DNA of 64,000 bases from Octopus vulgaris (Eukaryota): assembly GCA_951406725.2 (NCBI GenBank), contig OX597814.1:92008001-92072000 (forward strand), in the 5' to 3' direction. Below the pieces are notes generated by a model. It made no database searches. It had not been told where the DNA came from and worked only from the letters and a program-made list of their open reading frames with translations. The translations under genes were made by a program, and so were the position numbers. Of the stretch, positions 1 to 14,934 are shown one piece after another. The first letter of the stretch is position 1, and each line of letters begins with the position of its first letter.

Positions 1-4
1 TGAA

Positions 5-345
5 GGCGCATGGCTCAGTGGTTAGAGCGTCGAGCTTACGATCATGAGGTTGTGAGCTCGAATCCCGGACCGGGCTGCGTGTTGTGTTCTTGAGCAAGGC
101 ACTTTATTTCACGTTGCTCCAGTTCACTCAGCTGTAGAAATGAGTTGCGACGTCACTGGTGCCAAGCTGTATCGACCTTTGTCTTTCCCTTGGATAATAC
201 TGGTGGTGTGGAGAGGGGAGGCTGGTATGCATGGGCGACTGCTGGTCTTCCATAAGCAACCTTGCCCGGACTTGTGTCTAGGAGGGTAACTTTCTAGGTG
301 CAATCCCATGGTCATTCATGACCGAAGGGGGTCTTTACCCTTTAC

Positions 346-350
<5 letters not shown>
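5..350 (+). mobile_element. tRNA-derived SINE with CORE-like central domain
   Basis: Pol III A box TGGCTCAGTGG and B-box-like GCTCGAATCC. These are followed by CORE-like GTGTTCTTGAGCAAGGCACTTTA and a (TTTACCC)n tail abutting (TA)n. Confidence 0.85.
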
Positions 351-385
<35 letters not shown>

Positions 386-1361
386 AAATCATTAACCTCC
401 AACAGTTAATAATTTAAAGGAAAACTACAAATTATACAGTATTTCATGGCAGAACTTTCTTCACAATAGTAACACCTAATTGTAATCAAGCGTTAAGCTT
501 GGGGAGATGGACAACGTAAATATATGAACATAGGTTAATATTTACTTTAAGACAGACACGTAAAAGTAGACAATATAACACTATTTAGCTCAATGCAGCA
601 TTTAGTTTCAATGTCAGTACACGCATCGTTAAGCATTTTTCTTCCTTATTAGATAAACACTTTTCAAAGAAATATATTTATTATAAGAATTTTTAATGGA
701 TATGATTTTAAATTTAGCTTCTACACTAAATCTAGTTTTACAAGAAATGTATCGTACATCAGTAGTAATAATCGAAAAGCAAACAAGACGTTATATATTA
801 CTCTCCCAATTCACGTAACTATTCTGAAATTTGTCAAATAAATACCTTATGACTTTTGAAATCAATAGCGGATCGGTAAAATTACGTACAGCACAGTATT
901 AAAAGCTCAGTCATTATATTTCACAAACAATAAATTTGAACGAAAATTTATTCAACATCGACATTCTTTCACAAATGGAATAGGTCTCTGAACTTTAGCT
1001 TATCAAATTATGTATGGCTTTTCACAAATGATTAAAGTCAATAATTACAAAATCGTCTGGCTTACAATACTTACCAAGTCTCATACAGTTAAAAAACATA
1101 CGATTGAACTACATCTCTCAGACAGAATAAATATATTGTTTTATAAATGTTCCATCATGATCAATCGTTCTGATTTCACATTAATTTGCGGAGATTAAAT
1201 AAACTATACATTAAATTATTTTAAAAAACCCAATGGTGGAAAATGAATAGTCGCTTGGCGTAAAGAATTTTCTGCATATAATGAGAAGAATCACACTTTT
1301 ATTTTACTCTTTACTATTTTATTTTCTCTCTACATGAACTCCATCACCTTGTAATACACAT

Positions 1362-1745
1362 ACTCTTTTACTCTTTTACTTGTTTCAGTCATTTGACTGC
1401 GGCCATGCTGGAGCACCGCCTTTAGTCGAGCAAATCGACCCCGAGACTTATTTTTTGTAAGCCCAGTACTTATTATATCCGTCTCTTTTGCCGAACCGCT
1501 AAGTGACGGGGACGTAAACACACACCAGCATCGGTTGCCAAGCAATGCTAGGGGACAAACACAGACACACAAACACACACACACATACATTTATATATAT
1601 ATATATACGACAGGCTTCTTTCAGTTTCCGTCTACCAAATCCACTCACAAGGCATTGGTCGGCCCGGGGCTATAGCAGAAGACACTTGCCCAAGATGCCA
1701 CGCAGTGGGATTGAACCCAGAACCATGTGGTTGGTTAGCAAGCTA
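1362..1745 (-). mobile_element. tRNA/CORE SINE (family A, internal microsatellite), head slightly truncated
   Basis: Minus strand has B box GGTTCAATCCC, CORE-like CTTGGGCAAGTGTCTT, internal (TA)/(TG) tract and (AAGAGTAA)n tail. Collinear with the copy at 5949-6374. Confidence 0.9.
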
Positions 1746-1838
1746 TATTCTTAATGCGATATTCCTCCATTATTTTTAGTGCTCTCTTACCGAATATTAT
1801 TCTTTCTCCCCACTACCCCGCACGCTATTTTTTTTAAT

Positions 1839-1868
1839 ACGATGAAGGAATAACGTCCGAAACATTAA
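1839..1868 (+). ncRNA. Degenerate minimal hammerhead-like motif, probable PLE pseudo-LTR remnant
   Basis: ACGATGA-A-GGA(ATAACG)TCC-GAAAC. Core deviates from CUGANGA; stem II GGA/TCC is intact. Confidence 0.4.
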
Positions 1869-2032
1869 GATACCTCTTCCTATAAGAATGCTAAGCTCAC
1901 ACCATATTTTTTAAACCTTGTAGTTAAGTGTAGTCTCTTTTGTTGCTTATTGCTTTCTCACTTTACATACATATACAGTCGTGTATATGTGTGTGTTTAT
2001 GCCTATATATGTGAACGTGCATTTATAAAATT

Positions 2033-2073
<41 letters not shown>

Positions 2074-2360
2074 TACATATAGACAGACAGAGGGTGGAAA
2101 GAGAAAGAGAGATAGATACATATGTATAATTATTTACGGAAAACATAGGGTAAAAGAGATATGAAATAAATTTGAATATTATAAAACATCAATATGGTTT
2201 AAATGAAAGTGTAAGCACATTTTTCTTATGCTGTAATTGTGCTGAGAAACACTGGAGGGGCTGCTAACGAAATGTGGTATATTTGTAAATATGTACGTAA
2301 GTTCCTGTGTATTTATGGAGTTTTGCACTGTATAGATACACACATACATGTGTGCGTGAG

Positions 2361-2393
<33 letters not shown>

Positions 2394-2402
2394 CTGTGTG
2401 TG

Positions 2403-2433
<31 letters not shown>

Positions 2434-3351
2434 ACTTAACTGAAATTTTTATTTAATATGAATGTTGTCTGAAAAGTTAAATATATTTGACATGTAGACA
2501 GCTGGAAGTGAAAAGGGTATATTTTTCAAATAAAGATTCTTAATCGCCTCTATTAGATCGAATACAATACGTAACAGTAATGATAACGGTAGATAAATAA
2601 CATTGCGATACTATTGTTTACAACGATTTCTTCGTTTGTCTTCACTGAAATCGTAAGGGACATATTCCTTTCGAGAATCCCTTTGCCATTAATTAAATAC
2701 TTTGGGCAAAGTGAAGTTTTCAGTTCACCTGTGTACATACAGCGTTGATATGAAAATATGTCTGCACAGAAAGTTAGTTTCGTGATATATACATTTATAT
2801 TTGTATGTGCGAATGTTTGAGTGAGTGTGTTTCTGCGTAGAATGTGGGTGAATGACAGACAAAAGAACCAGCAATTTGTGGGAAGCAGAGCGGAAAAAAT
2901 ACGAATCTATATAGTTCAACTTCGCAAGTCATTCTTACTGATTTTACAAGATCAATATACACCTGTTTTTGTCACTCATTCACAATATACTAAATGCTGG
3001 AGAGAATATTATATCGAAGCGGAATTTAGTAACGCTTAGATTTTATACTAAATATGCATATGTCATAAGTAATACAATGATTGAGGGTATTTGTCTTGTC
3101 AGTTGACAAACATTCGATGTAGTCGGTGTGTAAAATTTCACAACAAAACCAAATCAGGGAAATATTTGGGAAAGTAAAATGCTTGCTAATTCATGAAAGC
3201 AACGGCAACTTTCAGCATCATTAACACAGATGCTACTTAAACAGCCACTTGGAAGCTATTCAGTTAGCGAAGCTTAAAAGTGATCAGTATAGACATACTA
3301 GAATGAAAGTAATGGTTTCAATTTGATTAAGAATTTCAACAAACTTTCTAA

Positions 3352-4137
3352 TACAAGGTGGTATCCAAAAGTTCCCAGGATTGTTATATTTAATGAAATA
3401 TAACTTATCTACCCAAGTTTTAACATCATCGCCTTCGAAATAGCCAACTTGTGCAGCAACACACCGGTTCCAGCATCCATGCCACTTTGGAATGCAGTCT
3501 GGAAGTCGTTTTCCGTAAGCAAGTGGAGGACCTGCGATTCTCTCTGGATCTCGACACAAAGGTATTAAAACGTGACAGGGTGAATTCTCATCGTGAATAA
3601 TCCAATTCTTCCCGCTCCCGAGATCCAGTCGCTTTCGCCAAATATCCTTCCGTAAATGCTTCAAAACGTCGTTCATTGTCCTCCAACGATATTTATGCAC
3701 AAGCTGATGAATTTTCTCCACACTTCCGGTGGTGACGCTCGTAGCAGTTCTTTTACGTCGCTGATCGTCTTACAGGAACGCTCTTCCGAATTTGAAGTTC
3801 CCGTGCCACTCGAAACATTGCGTATGACCCACTGCCTCGTCTTCGTAAGCTTGCGAAAACATGCTCAATGTCTCTGTAGCAGTCTTTCCAAGTTTAACGC
3901 AGTATATCACATTGATTTTTGTTGCACCAACTTCTTTCTCATGACAAAATTCGCAGAAAACAGCATAGAAGATATAAAAAAAACGCAAATTTCCCAATTT
4001 GCGAAGTAAATACAGCGATGTAACTCGGCACACTCCCTGATGAAAGTCACTGCTAGCTCTCACTGCGCACACAATAGTATGGTACCATCTGTTTGAAAAC
4101 TACAGGACTAGTCCGGGAACGTTTTGATACCACATCG
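3352..4137 (-). mobile_element. Internally deleted mariner element
   Basis: Imperfect TIRs TAcaaggtggtatccaaaagttccc and gggaacgttttgataccacatcg. N-terminal HTH remnant YCVKLGKTATETLSMFSQAY..CFEWH and C-terminal WNRCVAAQVGYFEGD. Catalytic middle mostly lost. Confidence 0.85.
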
Positions 4138-5557
4138 ATTCTCAGAGAATTTTTTTAAATCACATAGGTTAAAGACTCACCTCTGTAAATTGTACGTCTC
4201 CGATTAACCATTATTATTTTACTCAGATGGCAAGATGTAGTGTGTTTATATTAAAACTGGTCATGAAAGTAATATAAATGTGAGAACTTACCTTCAGTAG
4301 AATATAATTTGCTGGAGGTCTAATACGACCGAGGTGATTTAGCAATTTGGCTTTAAACTCAAGATATCCTTAGTATAACTCTTTTTCAAATTATTCAGTC
4401 TGATATCTTTATTGAGTTATCGTTATATTTTTAGCTTAAACGCCAACAGTCTAATGACTGAGCCAATAATCTCAGTTTATAAGTTAATTTCAACCCACTA
4501 CTTTACATGACAGACTCAAACATATGTCCATTTAGAAGGCAAATCGCTCCTCTGAAATACTTTCCTCAGATCTTTTCTTCATAATCCTAATCTGCATTAT
4601 AAGAATACATGCATGACACGATGTGCTGATCACTTTTACGTATTGCCAGTTGAAGAGAGAATTAACTGAAATTAGTCAGTTATTTTCAAGCCGTTTTTGT
4701 AAAGGGAATATTCAAACTCATCAGCGTTGATTTTATTTCCTAAAAAAAACTTTAACTACTTGGCTATATTGAAATTATAAAATTTCACAATAAAATCAAA
4801 TCAGAACACACGCAGACGGATTTTTTTTTTTGCTATATGGGTAAATAACCTCATTAATTTTTCAGCTCCTTAAATTAAAATATGAGAACTATTCAGCTCT
4901 AAATTGAAATAAATCTAAATTACAATAAAGACAGAATGTAAAGTAAGATTCGAACAGAATAATTGTAAATGATATGTTGTTACTTGAATACAAAGGTGAT
5001 CTATAAAAGCTTTCCAAGTTCGGATTTTTAACGTTTGCAATGCATATATCCCTGATTCAATCATATATGCATTGCAAAACATATTCGTATTCCTTAATGT
5101 GTATTTGAAGGTCAATAAAATTAAAGATCGATAAGAAAGGAAAATTCTGGAAGCCACAGCATGTATTCCTGTTTAAAATTTCCACAACACTGATATTGGA
5201 AAATATACGAATCAAAATTCTACATCGCACTAAAATTTAGGCGCGAATACGATCTCTTTCATCGGGTGTACATATATTTAGAAGAAATCATTACAGCGTA
5301 TTATAAGATAAAATATGAAACAAAATAAGATAGAAAAGCATTACTTGTTAAACTATTAGCGTTTAATTCTTCGATAAACATTGATAAAGACAGCGCATGA
5401 AATACTATATAGGGTTAACTAGAACTCTAATTAAAATGCTGCAAAATTTTACATTGTGATCGCTTCTCAACAGCTTTAAAACTTGGAAAGAGATTGTGGC
5501 TTGAATACTTAATGATGTGAGGAAAATTATTTAAGAAGCTAAACATGCATAATTAGA

Positions 5558-5633
<76 letters not shown>

Positions 5634-5714
5634 GAGAGTGCGTGTACACGTATACACACACAGAGACACACACATACACACAAACACACACACATACATA
5701 TGTAACTTTACGTA

Positions 5715-5899
5715 TACGAGGCCTGATCAACAGGTATCCAAACTGTTGGCATAGTAACGAAGCTAAAACATTAGAGTAAAACTCCTTGGCAAATATTGAC
5801 CTTGAACTCTGTTATGCATGTACACTAAGTTTTAACGATCTAGCGTACATCTTGTGTGATCGTCGCATTCACCATGACAACAGTCCGGATACTTATTGA

Positions 5900-5904
<5 letters not shown>
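5715..5904 (+). mobile_element. Mariner-derived MITE (same family as 15921-16775)
   Basis: TIRs TAcgaggcctgatcaacaggtatcc and ggatacttattgatc. Body matches the 5' UTR of the 15.9-kb element up to the transposase ATG. Confidence 0.8.
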
Positions 5905-5936
<32 letters not shown>

Positions 5937-5948
5937 CATACATACACG

Positions 5949-6163
5949 CTTTACTCTTTTACTCTTTTACTTGTTTCAGTCATTTTACTGCAGCCATGCT
6001 AGAGCACAACCTTTAGTCGATCGAATTGACCCCAGGACTTATTCTTGGTAAGCCTAGTACTTATTCTATCGGTTCTTTTGCCAAACCGCTAAGTTACAGG
6101 AACGTAAACACACCACCATCGGGTGTCAAGTGATGTGGGGGGGGGACAAACACAGACACGCAA

Positions 6164-6196
<33 letters not shown>

Positions 6197-6371
6197 CATA
6201 TACATATATACGATAGGATTCTTTCACTTTCCATCTACCAAATCCGCTCACAAGGTTTTGGTCGGCTCCAGGCTTTAGTAGAAGTCACTTGCCCAAAGTG
6301 CCACGCAGTGGGACTGAACCCAGAACCATGTGGTTTGTAATCAAGCTATTTACCGCAAAACCACTCCCGTG

Positions 6372-6374
<3 letters not shown>
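5949..6374 (-). mobile_element. tRNA/CORE SINE (family A), full length
   Basis: Collinear with 1362-1745 and includes the tRNA head GGCACGGGAGTGG..GGTTCAGTCCC. Flanked by TA repeats. Confidence 0.9.
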
Positions 6375-6455
<81 letters not shown>

Positions 6456-6743
6456 TTTCATTTTGCAAATGGGAAGAAAATTAGTTAAGTTAAGAGTACT
6501 ATATAGTGCTGAAATTCTATATTATTACTACTCAGATTTCCATATACCGCTGATCAAAGAGTGGATTTAATTTATACCGGAGACATGGTATTTACATCAT
6601 ATCGTATTTATTGAACTTCCGACAAATAGGAATGTTTGAAACGAAAAGTAATAGAAATATACTATAAAATTGCGACTATATGAACAAAAGATAGCACAAT
6701 ATGTATGCCTGATACACGCACGGGCGCGCGCGCACACACACAG

Positions 6744-7155
<412 letters not shown>

Positions 7156-7636
7156 GAGTTTCATGACAGTAAGCAGTGTATGTACCATAATCAGCATGGT
7201 ATACCCATTTGATAACAGTGAAAGGAAGGGAAAGTTAAAAAACACGGCGTTATAACAATTAGATGTCTAAAATTTTCTGGTACTGAAACAGAGGACTTAA
7301 CAAAGTGATGATATCGGCAATTGTAAATTGTGCTATTAGGAACAGTGACAAGGAGGCCGAGTGTAAATTTTGAAAACATGATCATAGTCTGAAAGGGGCA
7401 GTGCAGAAAATATGTTTACTTCCTTCGACAAGAATTATCTGGAAAGTTTTTAATGTATAGTGACAACAAATATAAGGAACAAAAAACAAAAAAAAAAGTT
7501 CTCCACAGTGTGTATATATTGCTTGTTATAGAAACGCGTATATAGTTCAATAGGAATCCTTACTAAGCTAGGGGTAACACCCATATATTCAAACAGAGTG
7601 CGTACAACACTAATAATAATAATAATAATAATAATA

Positions 7637-9022
<1,386 letters not shown>

Positions 9023-9049
9023 TGATGAGCTAAGGCAACCGGACCATTC

Positions 9050-11420
9050 GAGCGGTTCCAAGCAGTGCTGTTTTCTGCAAGAGCTCCACTTTTGTCAAAG
9101 AGAAAGGATTTGAGAAAGTCATGGAGGACTTGAAACAGCATATCAAGCACTAGCAGGTAAGCTTTTCGGATATCAGAAAATAGATCAGTATCAACACATT
9201 AGATTATTTGAGAGAGACTAGCGGTGCTTTTATAACCAAATAAATAGTAGAGAAGAAAGTACTGAAAATGAGAAACCGAATGCAGAAGCTAGAAATGTTA
9301 TATTTGGGGTAAGCCAGACAATCATAATGGAGATGCAACATGGTTAAAGAGAATGAGGGAAGAAGTGAGAAACAACCAGATGTATGACTAACCAAAACTA
9401 GATTTAGTTCAAGAGTACTGAAAATAAATTTAGCTGCTTACATGGCAGGATGAGGAAACAACGTTAGGATTGCCTTCATGGAGGAATAATACCAGTTTGG
9501 GGGACTAGAGGGAAAACAGTACTCATGAAAGACAAAAGCAAGGGTAATACAACCAATATTTATAGACCAATCACTTGCTTACCATTAGTGTGGAAGTTGT
9601 TAAAAGGTATGCTTCCAGAAAGCATTTACAAGCATCTTGACAACCAGAATTTGCTGCCAGATGAAAAGAAAGGTTGCAGGAAGAAGGCTAGAGGAACGCA
9701 TGATCTATTATACATAAACAAAATAGTTCTAAATTAAGTAAAAGCTAGAAAAAAAATCTAACAATAACATGAATAAATTATGAGAAAGCTTATGACATGA
9801 TTGACCACCCATGGATAAGTGAATGTTTGAATATATTCAGTATTGCAGACAACATAAGAGAATTAATTAGCTGTAGTATGACAGAATAGAAAGTAGATGT
9901 CGACTTAGGTGATACAGCCTTAGGAAAAGTTAATATCAAGAGAGGAATTCTTAAAGGAGACTCGTTATCTGCGTTAATAGCTGTCTTATGTTTATACACC
10001 TAAGTTTAGTATAAACAAAGGCAAAGGCAGGGTATCAGTTTAGAAATAGTTAAGGAACAATTAACCATTTGCCCTACACGACTGATCTGAAGCTTTTTAG
10101 TAAACAGATTCCTAATTACAAACCGTAAACCTCTTCGGCAAAGATATAGGCATGGATTTTGGCATAGATATGGGTGTAATAATAGTCACGAAAAAGGGAC
10201 AGGTAGTCAACAGTGAAGGCATCCATTTACCAGATGGACAGACATTACAATCCTTGAAAGAAGGAGAGACTTATAAGAATCTAGGAGTGTTAGCATCTGA
10301 CAGAGAACAAATTATTGAAATAAAAAAGAAAATTGAGAAGAGTGAGGAAGCTAATGAAGACAATGCTAAATTGTCCGAATCTAGTAAATGCTGTAAATAC
10401 TTGAGCAGTGTCGTTACTTAGATACCCAGCAGCTTTTGTAGATTGGAGAATACTTGAATTAACAAAGCACGACTGAAGAACTAGGAAACAATTTAATATG
10501 AATCTAGGACACCAGACAAAAGCAGGAATAGCAAGATTTTACTTGCCTGGAAAGGAAGGTGGTAGGGGCTTAATATCAGTAGAAGACTGCATGGAATTAG
10601 TTAGAGTAGATATAGCCCCCCATGGATGAAATAGTGAAGAAAGTTTATAAAGAGCTGCTAGAGTCACAGCAGGACGTAGGGAAACCATAAAACCTAATAA
10701 AGTTTAAAAAACAGGAAAAAGGAAAAGAGTTATCTGACTGGCTTTGCATGGTAGATTCCCGAAAACAGTAGCAGGAGGGCTGAAATGGAAGACAGAAGGT
10801 TTGTTAGTAGCAGCACAAAGTCAAGCATGAAGACCTGATTGAATAAAGTCAAGATAGAAAATAATAATTAGATTCCCAGTGTAGTTTATACAAATCAAAA
10901 GAGGAAATTGTCGCTCATATAGTAGGTGAATGTAGCATGCCGGCATAAAGAATACAAGAAAAGACATGACAACTCAGGGAAAGTAATCCACTGGTACTTA
11001 TGTAGAAAGTTAGGATTTGACCATACTGATAAACGGTATAAATAGAAACCTAGTAAACTACTAGAAAGTAAGAAATAAGAAATGCTGTGGGACCTTAACA
11101 TTCAGACGAACAGTGTAATAGAAGCTAGATGACCGGATTTAGTAGTTATCGACAAAGAGAATAGAAAGTGCCAAATAATTCACTTTACAGTTCCAAATGA
11201 TGAGAAAGTCAGCATAAAATGTATGGAGAAAATAGCTAAGTACCAAGCCATTGAGTCACTGCGTTATAGGTGCATTAGATGCTATCCGTAAATATTTGAA
11301 GAGAGAGATGAACAGAGGAAATTGGCATAAAAGCCAGTTTGGTACACCTCCAGAAAACGGTGTTATTAGTGACAGCTATAACACTTAGGAGAGTTCTTGG
11401 CTTCTAAGATTACTTAGAAG
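9050..11420 (+). mobile_element. Older decayed Dong/R4-clade LINE (RT + RLE remnants)
   Basis: YRPITCLPLVWKLL, KAYDM..HPWI, RGILKGDSLS, EGGRGLISVEDC, TEGLLVAAQ, KRHDN, PDLVVID and LQKTVLL..LRRVL motifs across frames. Many stops and frameshifts. Confidence 0.85.
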
Positions 11421-11439
11421 ATTCAACAAGTTCGAAGGT

Positions 11440-12071
11440 TGGTTCTGGTGAACCAACTAGTATCTCTCGACGAGACAGCATGTTCTCTACAAATTTGTTA
11501 TAATTCTGGATACGAAACCATCTACGACAAAGTTCGTTTCCTTAAAGTCTGTGCGAGATGGGTATCAGGACATTCTATCAAATCACATACGCACTACTGT
11601 GTGAATACCTGTCAACGCCCCATGTCCGTTACAATGATGAAGACGAAATTTTATAGAAGAGAATAGTCACAGCAGATGAGTACTGGATCCACGACGTTGA
11701 GTCAGAATCCAAAAGGGAGAGTATGGAATGGAAAAACCTGGATTCGCCAGTTGAAAAGTAGTTCAAAACTCAACCTTACGCAAAAAAGAATTATGCTAAC
11801 CGTTTTGGGGCGCACAGAGGAGTCTATACTGGGAAATTCCCTAATAAATTTCTCTACAGTCATCAGTGTAAGCTACAGAAAAATGCTGACCAACAAACTG
11901 AAACTAGCAATTCGGACCAAACACCAACCTCTATTGTCATATGCAATTGTTGTTGTATACGACCTTAAGGTCTCCGACACCATTGGAAACGTGGGTTTCG
12001 AGCTGCTGGAAATATTTGCATACTCTCCAGATTTCGCCTTTTCCAACAATCACCTCTTTGGACAACTCAAA
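11440..12071 (+). mobile_element. Mariner transposase internal fragment
   Basis: KVCARWV, RIVTADEYWIH, SKRESMEW, IMLTV and YSPDFAFSNNHLFGQLK (YSPDLAPSD-type) motifs. No TIRs seen. Confidence 0.85.
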
Positions 12072-12652
12072 CTTCCCATTTATTATCACTCACCATCCCA
12101 GGAACCACAATATTCTACAAACAGCCAATTCTACACCAGTCCCCATGTCTCCCACAAATAATGAAGAAACAACAAATAATCAACAGCCGAAGGCAACCAC
12201 CAAATCTTAAGAAACTTCTAACGAAAGCAAGATTTGCATTAGAGGAAGAAATAATGCAAGTTACCAAATGTGGAGACTCCCGATGGGAGACATGTGATTT
12301 GATAGGACAGGGACCAGCCAAAGAATTCAAGATTGGAAAATAATTGAAGGTGAATGCAGATATGAACAGTAAAAGCAAATACCTGATGTATTGTATCACA
12401 TGCCCACAGTGCAGCGAACATTATATTGAGGAAACAAAAACGAAACTAACCAACCAAGTAATTGTGCACAGACATCAAATAAAACATCCCACACTTAGAT
12501 GCATACAATGTAGTGATTATTTGGACACCTATGCACAAGGAAAATTTACAAGTTTCCCTCTTCATAAGATAAATGAAGAGAACTACCTTCTCCCGAAGGC
12601 AAAAGAGGGATATTTTATAAGATTTCTGAGTCTGAAACTAAACCGAAAATAG
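12072..12652 (+). mobile_element. Penelope-like element (Neptune-type) C-terminal fragment with GIY-YIG endonuclease
   Basis: PFIITHHP, RRQPPNLKKLLT, KC..R..TC linker, LMYCITCPQCSEHYIEET and terminal E.YFI....KLN. Confidence 0.85.
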
Positions 12653-13620
12653 TCAACGACAATTTTACTCAAAACAACTTTCACTATATGTAATAACACA
12701 TGCTTGATAACGTTAAGAACTGAAAGCGCTTGTACTTATATAAAAGCAAAAGCCACACACATTTTTGTGAAATCTCCTCCCAAAGATTAGAGCTTTTCGA
12801 CTTTCTCAATAGGTTTTTTCTCGGTCTTAAGTGTTTGAGAAAAAATCTCTCCAAATATTATAACTGTATCAGGGAATTTCCAAAATACTCCAAATATATA
12901 TATATATATGAGTGTGTGTGTATCTTTATTAACTACAATATCTATAATAAAATTCTTAAAAATAATTATAATTATTTTAAGCATTTAGTTGTTCGTCCAC
13001 TTATTCTTCAGTTTCGCCTCAACCAATTAATTTAGCCAAGTCTTTGTATTCAGAAAAATCTCTTCTTTACTTCACTGACCACCTTAATTAAATTCATTAA
13101 CATATGCTTTGATATTTCTCTTTGAATACTTATTTAATTTTGTTCCTCTCTATTTCTTTTATATCTGCCGCATCTTTTGATTTTTGCATTTTTGTTCATA
13201 CAACTTCTTTTCTTTTTCACACTTTCTGTCATTTATATTGGAAAATAATACATCAATAAAATGTAATAATTTATTTCTAACCATTTCTTCCAAGATTTAT
13301 TGAAATATAATGAACATAATTTTCCTTTATTCAATAAGTGTAGTTTGAGTTATTTCCATGCAATAGACATGTTATGTCATTTAATTAATAACGGATAATT
13401 AAGATTCTTTATAATTAGCACGTTTTATTTATGTTAATACAGTAGAAGATCGGTTTTCGAATAACTTGTTTCTTTATTGCTCACACGGAGCCAAGACAGG
13501 GGGATAATACAGCCTGTCCGGTACATCGCTCCTCCCGAAAAGCTGGGCGAACTGCTCCTGAAAAGTCTTACACATCTCCTCGGGTTCGTTCATCAACTAA
13601 CATTGTAGGTTCTCCCTAGA

Positions 13621-13622
<2 letters not shown>

Positions 13623-13683
<61 letters not shown>

Positions 13684-13896
13684 CATATATATATATATAT
13701 ATGTATGTATGTATGTAAATATATATATATATATATATTCATATATATGCTTATATATATATATAAGTATTTATATGTGTGCGTATATATGTATGATATG
13801 TGTGTGTGTCTGTGTGTGTATATATACACATATACATATATACACACATATAATACATATATATATAAGCATATATATAAATATATATATATATAC

Positions 13897-13931
<35 letters not shown>

Positions 13932-13960
13932 TGTATGTAGATATATATATATACATATAT
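13623..13960. repeat. Degenerate (TA)/(TATG) microsatellite
   Basis: Direct inspection. Confidence 0.95.
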
Positions 13961-14320
13961 CATCTCATCTAGGTCGTCGCATAGGACACCACAAGACTGT
14001 TTCCACAAGTTTTCCCCATTCATCTCGATTTTCCTTAAAGGTCCTGAGCTCCTGTACCTCCTTCATACCAGTATCCTCCTGCAAGTTGTCGATATAGGTT
14101 GTCTTCCTCCTTCCTCTGTTGGTTCTTCCCTCTGTTGGTTGCAGACCACTAGCTTGTTGGTAATTTCATCTCTGTATTTGATGCAGTGTCCAGCTAGCCT
14201 CATCCTTATATGCTGTATCTTCAATGTTACTTTTGGTAGTCCCTGGCATAAGTCTGCGTTTGTTGTATGACTCTTCCAGGAGACATTGAGTTCCATTGTA
14301 AGCATTCTGGTATAACAACT
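13961..14320 (-). mobile_element. RTE-group LINE 3' end
   Basis: CYTRML..LNVSWKSHTTN..LPKVT..RMRLAGHC..GRRKTTYIDNL, ending GACCTAGATGAGATGA into TA repeat. Confidence 0.85.
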
Positions 14321-14813
14321 ATTTAATGTGTAGAACGTACGAGGGCAAGGAAGAACTGGAATTCAAAGTGCATAGGCAAAGAAGTAGACGGCTTCGAGCA
14401 GTAACAGTAACTCACCTACACTATGACAGAATAGGCACAGTAGGTGCTGATCAGATTAGAGCAGGAATCAAGGAGGGTAGGATTATACTGTAATGCAGAC
14501 AAAACAGAGCTGCAAGTATTCAACCACGAAATGCCTGCGTCAGTGAAAGTGAGAGACGGTAAGTCACTGAAGGTAGTCGAAATTTCCAAATGCCTTTGTT
14601 CGCGGACACAAAATACTGGAAAATACATCGTAGCAAGGAAAGCTCTTGCCTGGAGCGCATGCCATAAATCGAGAAAGGTATGGAGTGCAAAGTTAACAAG
14701 GAAATTGAAAGTGAGGTTGTTTCTGGCAACAGTGGAGTCTATTCTTCTATACGGGCCTGAAACATGGACGCTCACTAAAGCATTGAAAAAGTAGTTGGAC
14801 GGTTGTTATACGA

Positions 14814-14816
<3 letters not shown>
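14317..14816 (+). mobile_element. RTE-group LINE RT fragment, inverted relative to the adjacent 3' end
   Basis: YLM.R..EGKEE..RSRR, VGLYCNADKTE, RKALAWSAC and ATVESILLYGPETWTLT..LDGCYTR. The catalytic ADD motif is deleted. Confidence 0.85.
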
Positions 14817-14892
<76 letters not shown>

Positions 14893-14893
14893 A

Positions 14894-14932
<39 letters not shown>

Positions 14933-14934
14933 CA

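Noticed and set aside
5-76. tRNA gene
   Set aside because: The acceptor stem does not close and the sequence continues into a SINE body.
334-350. Telomere-like TTTACCC repeat
   Set aside because: Only about two units, forming the SINE tail.
11676-12161. Mariner-PLE chimeric ORF
   Set aside because: Read-through across an insertion junction, out of frame with the PLE protein. Both parts are decayed.
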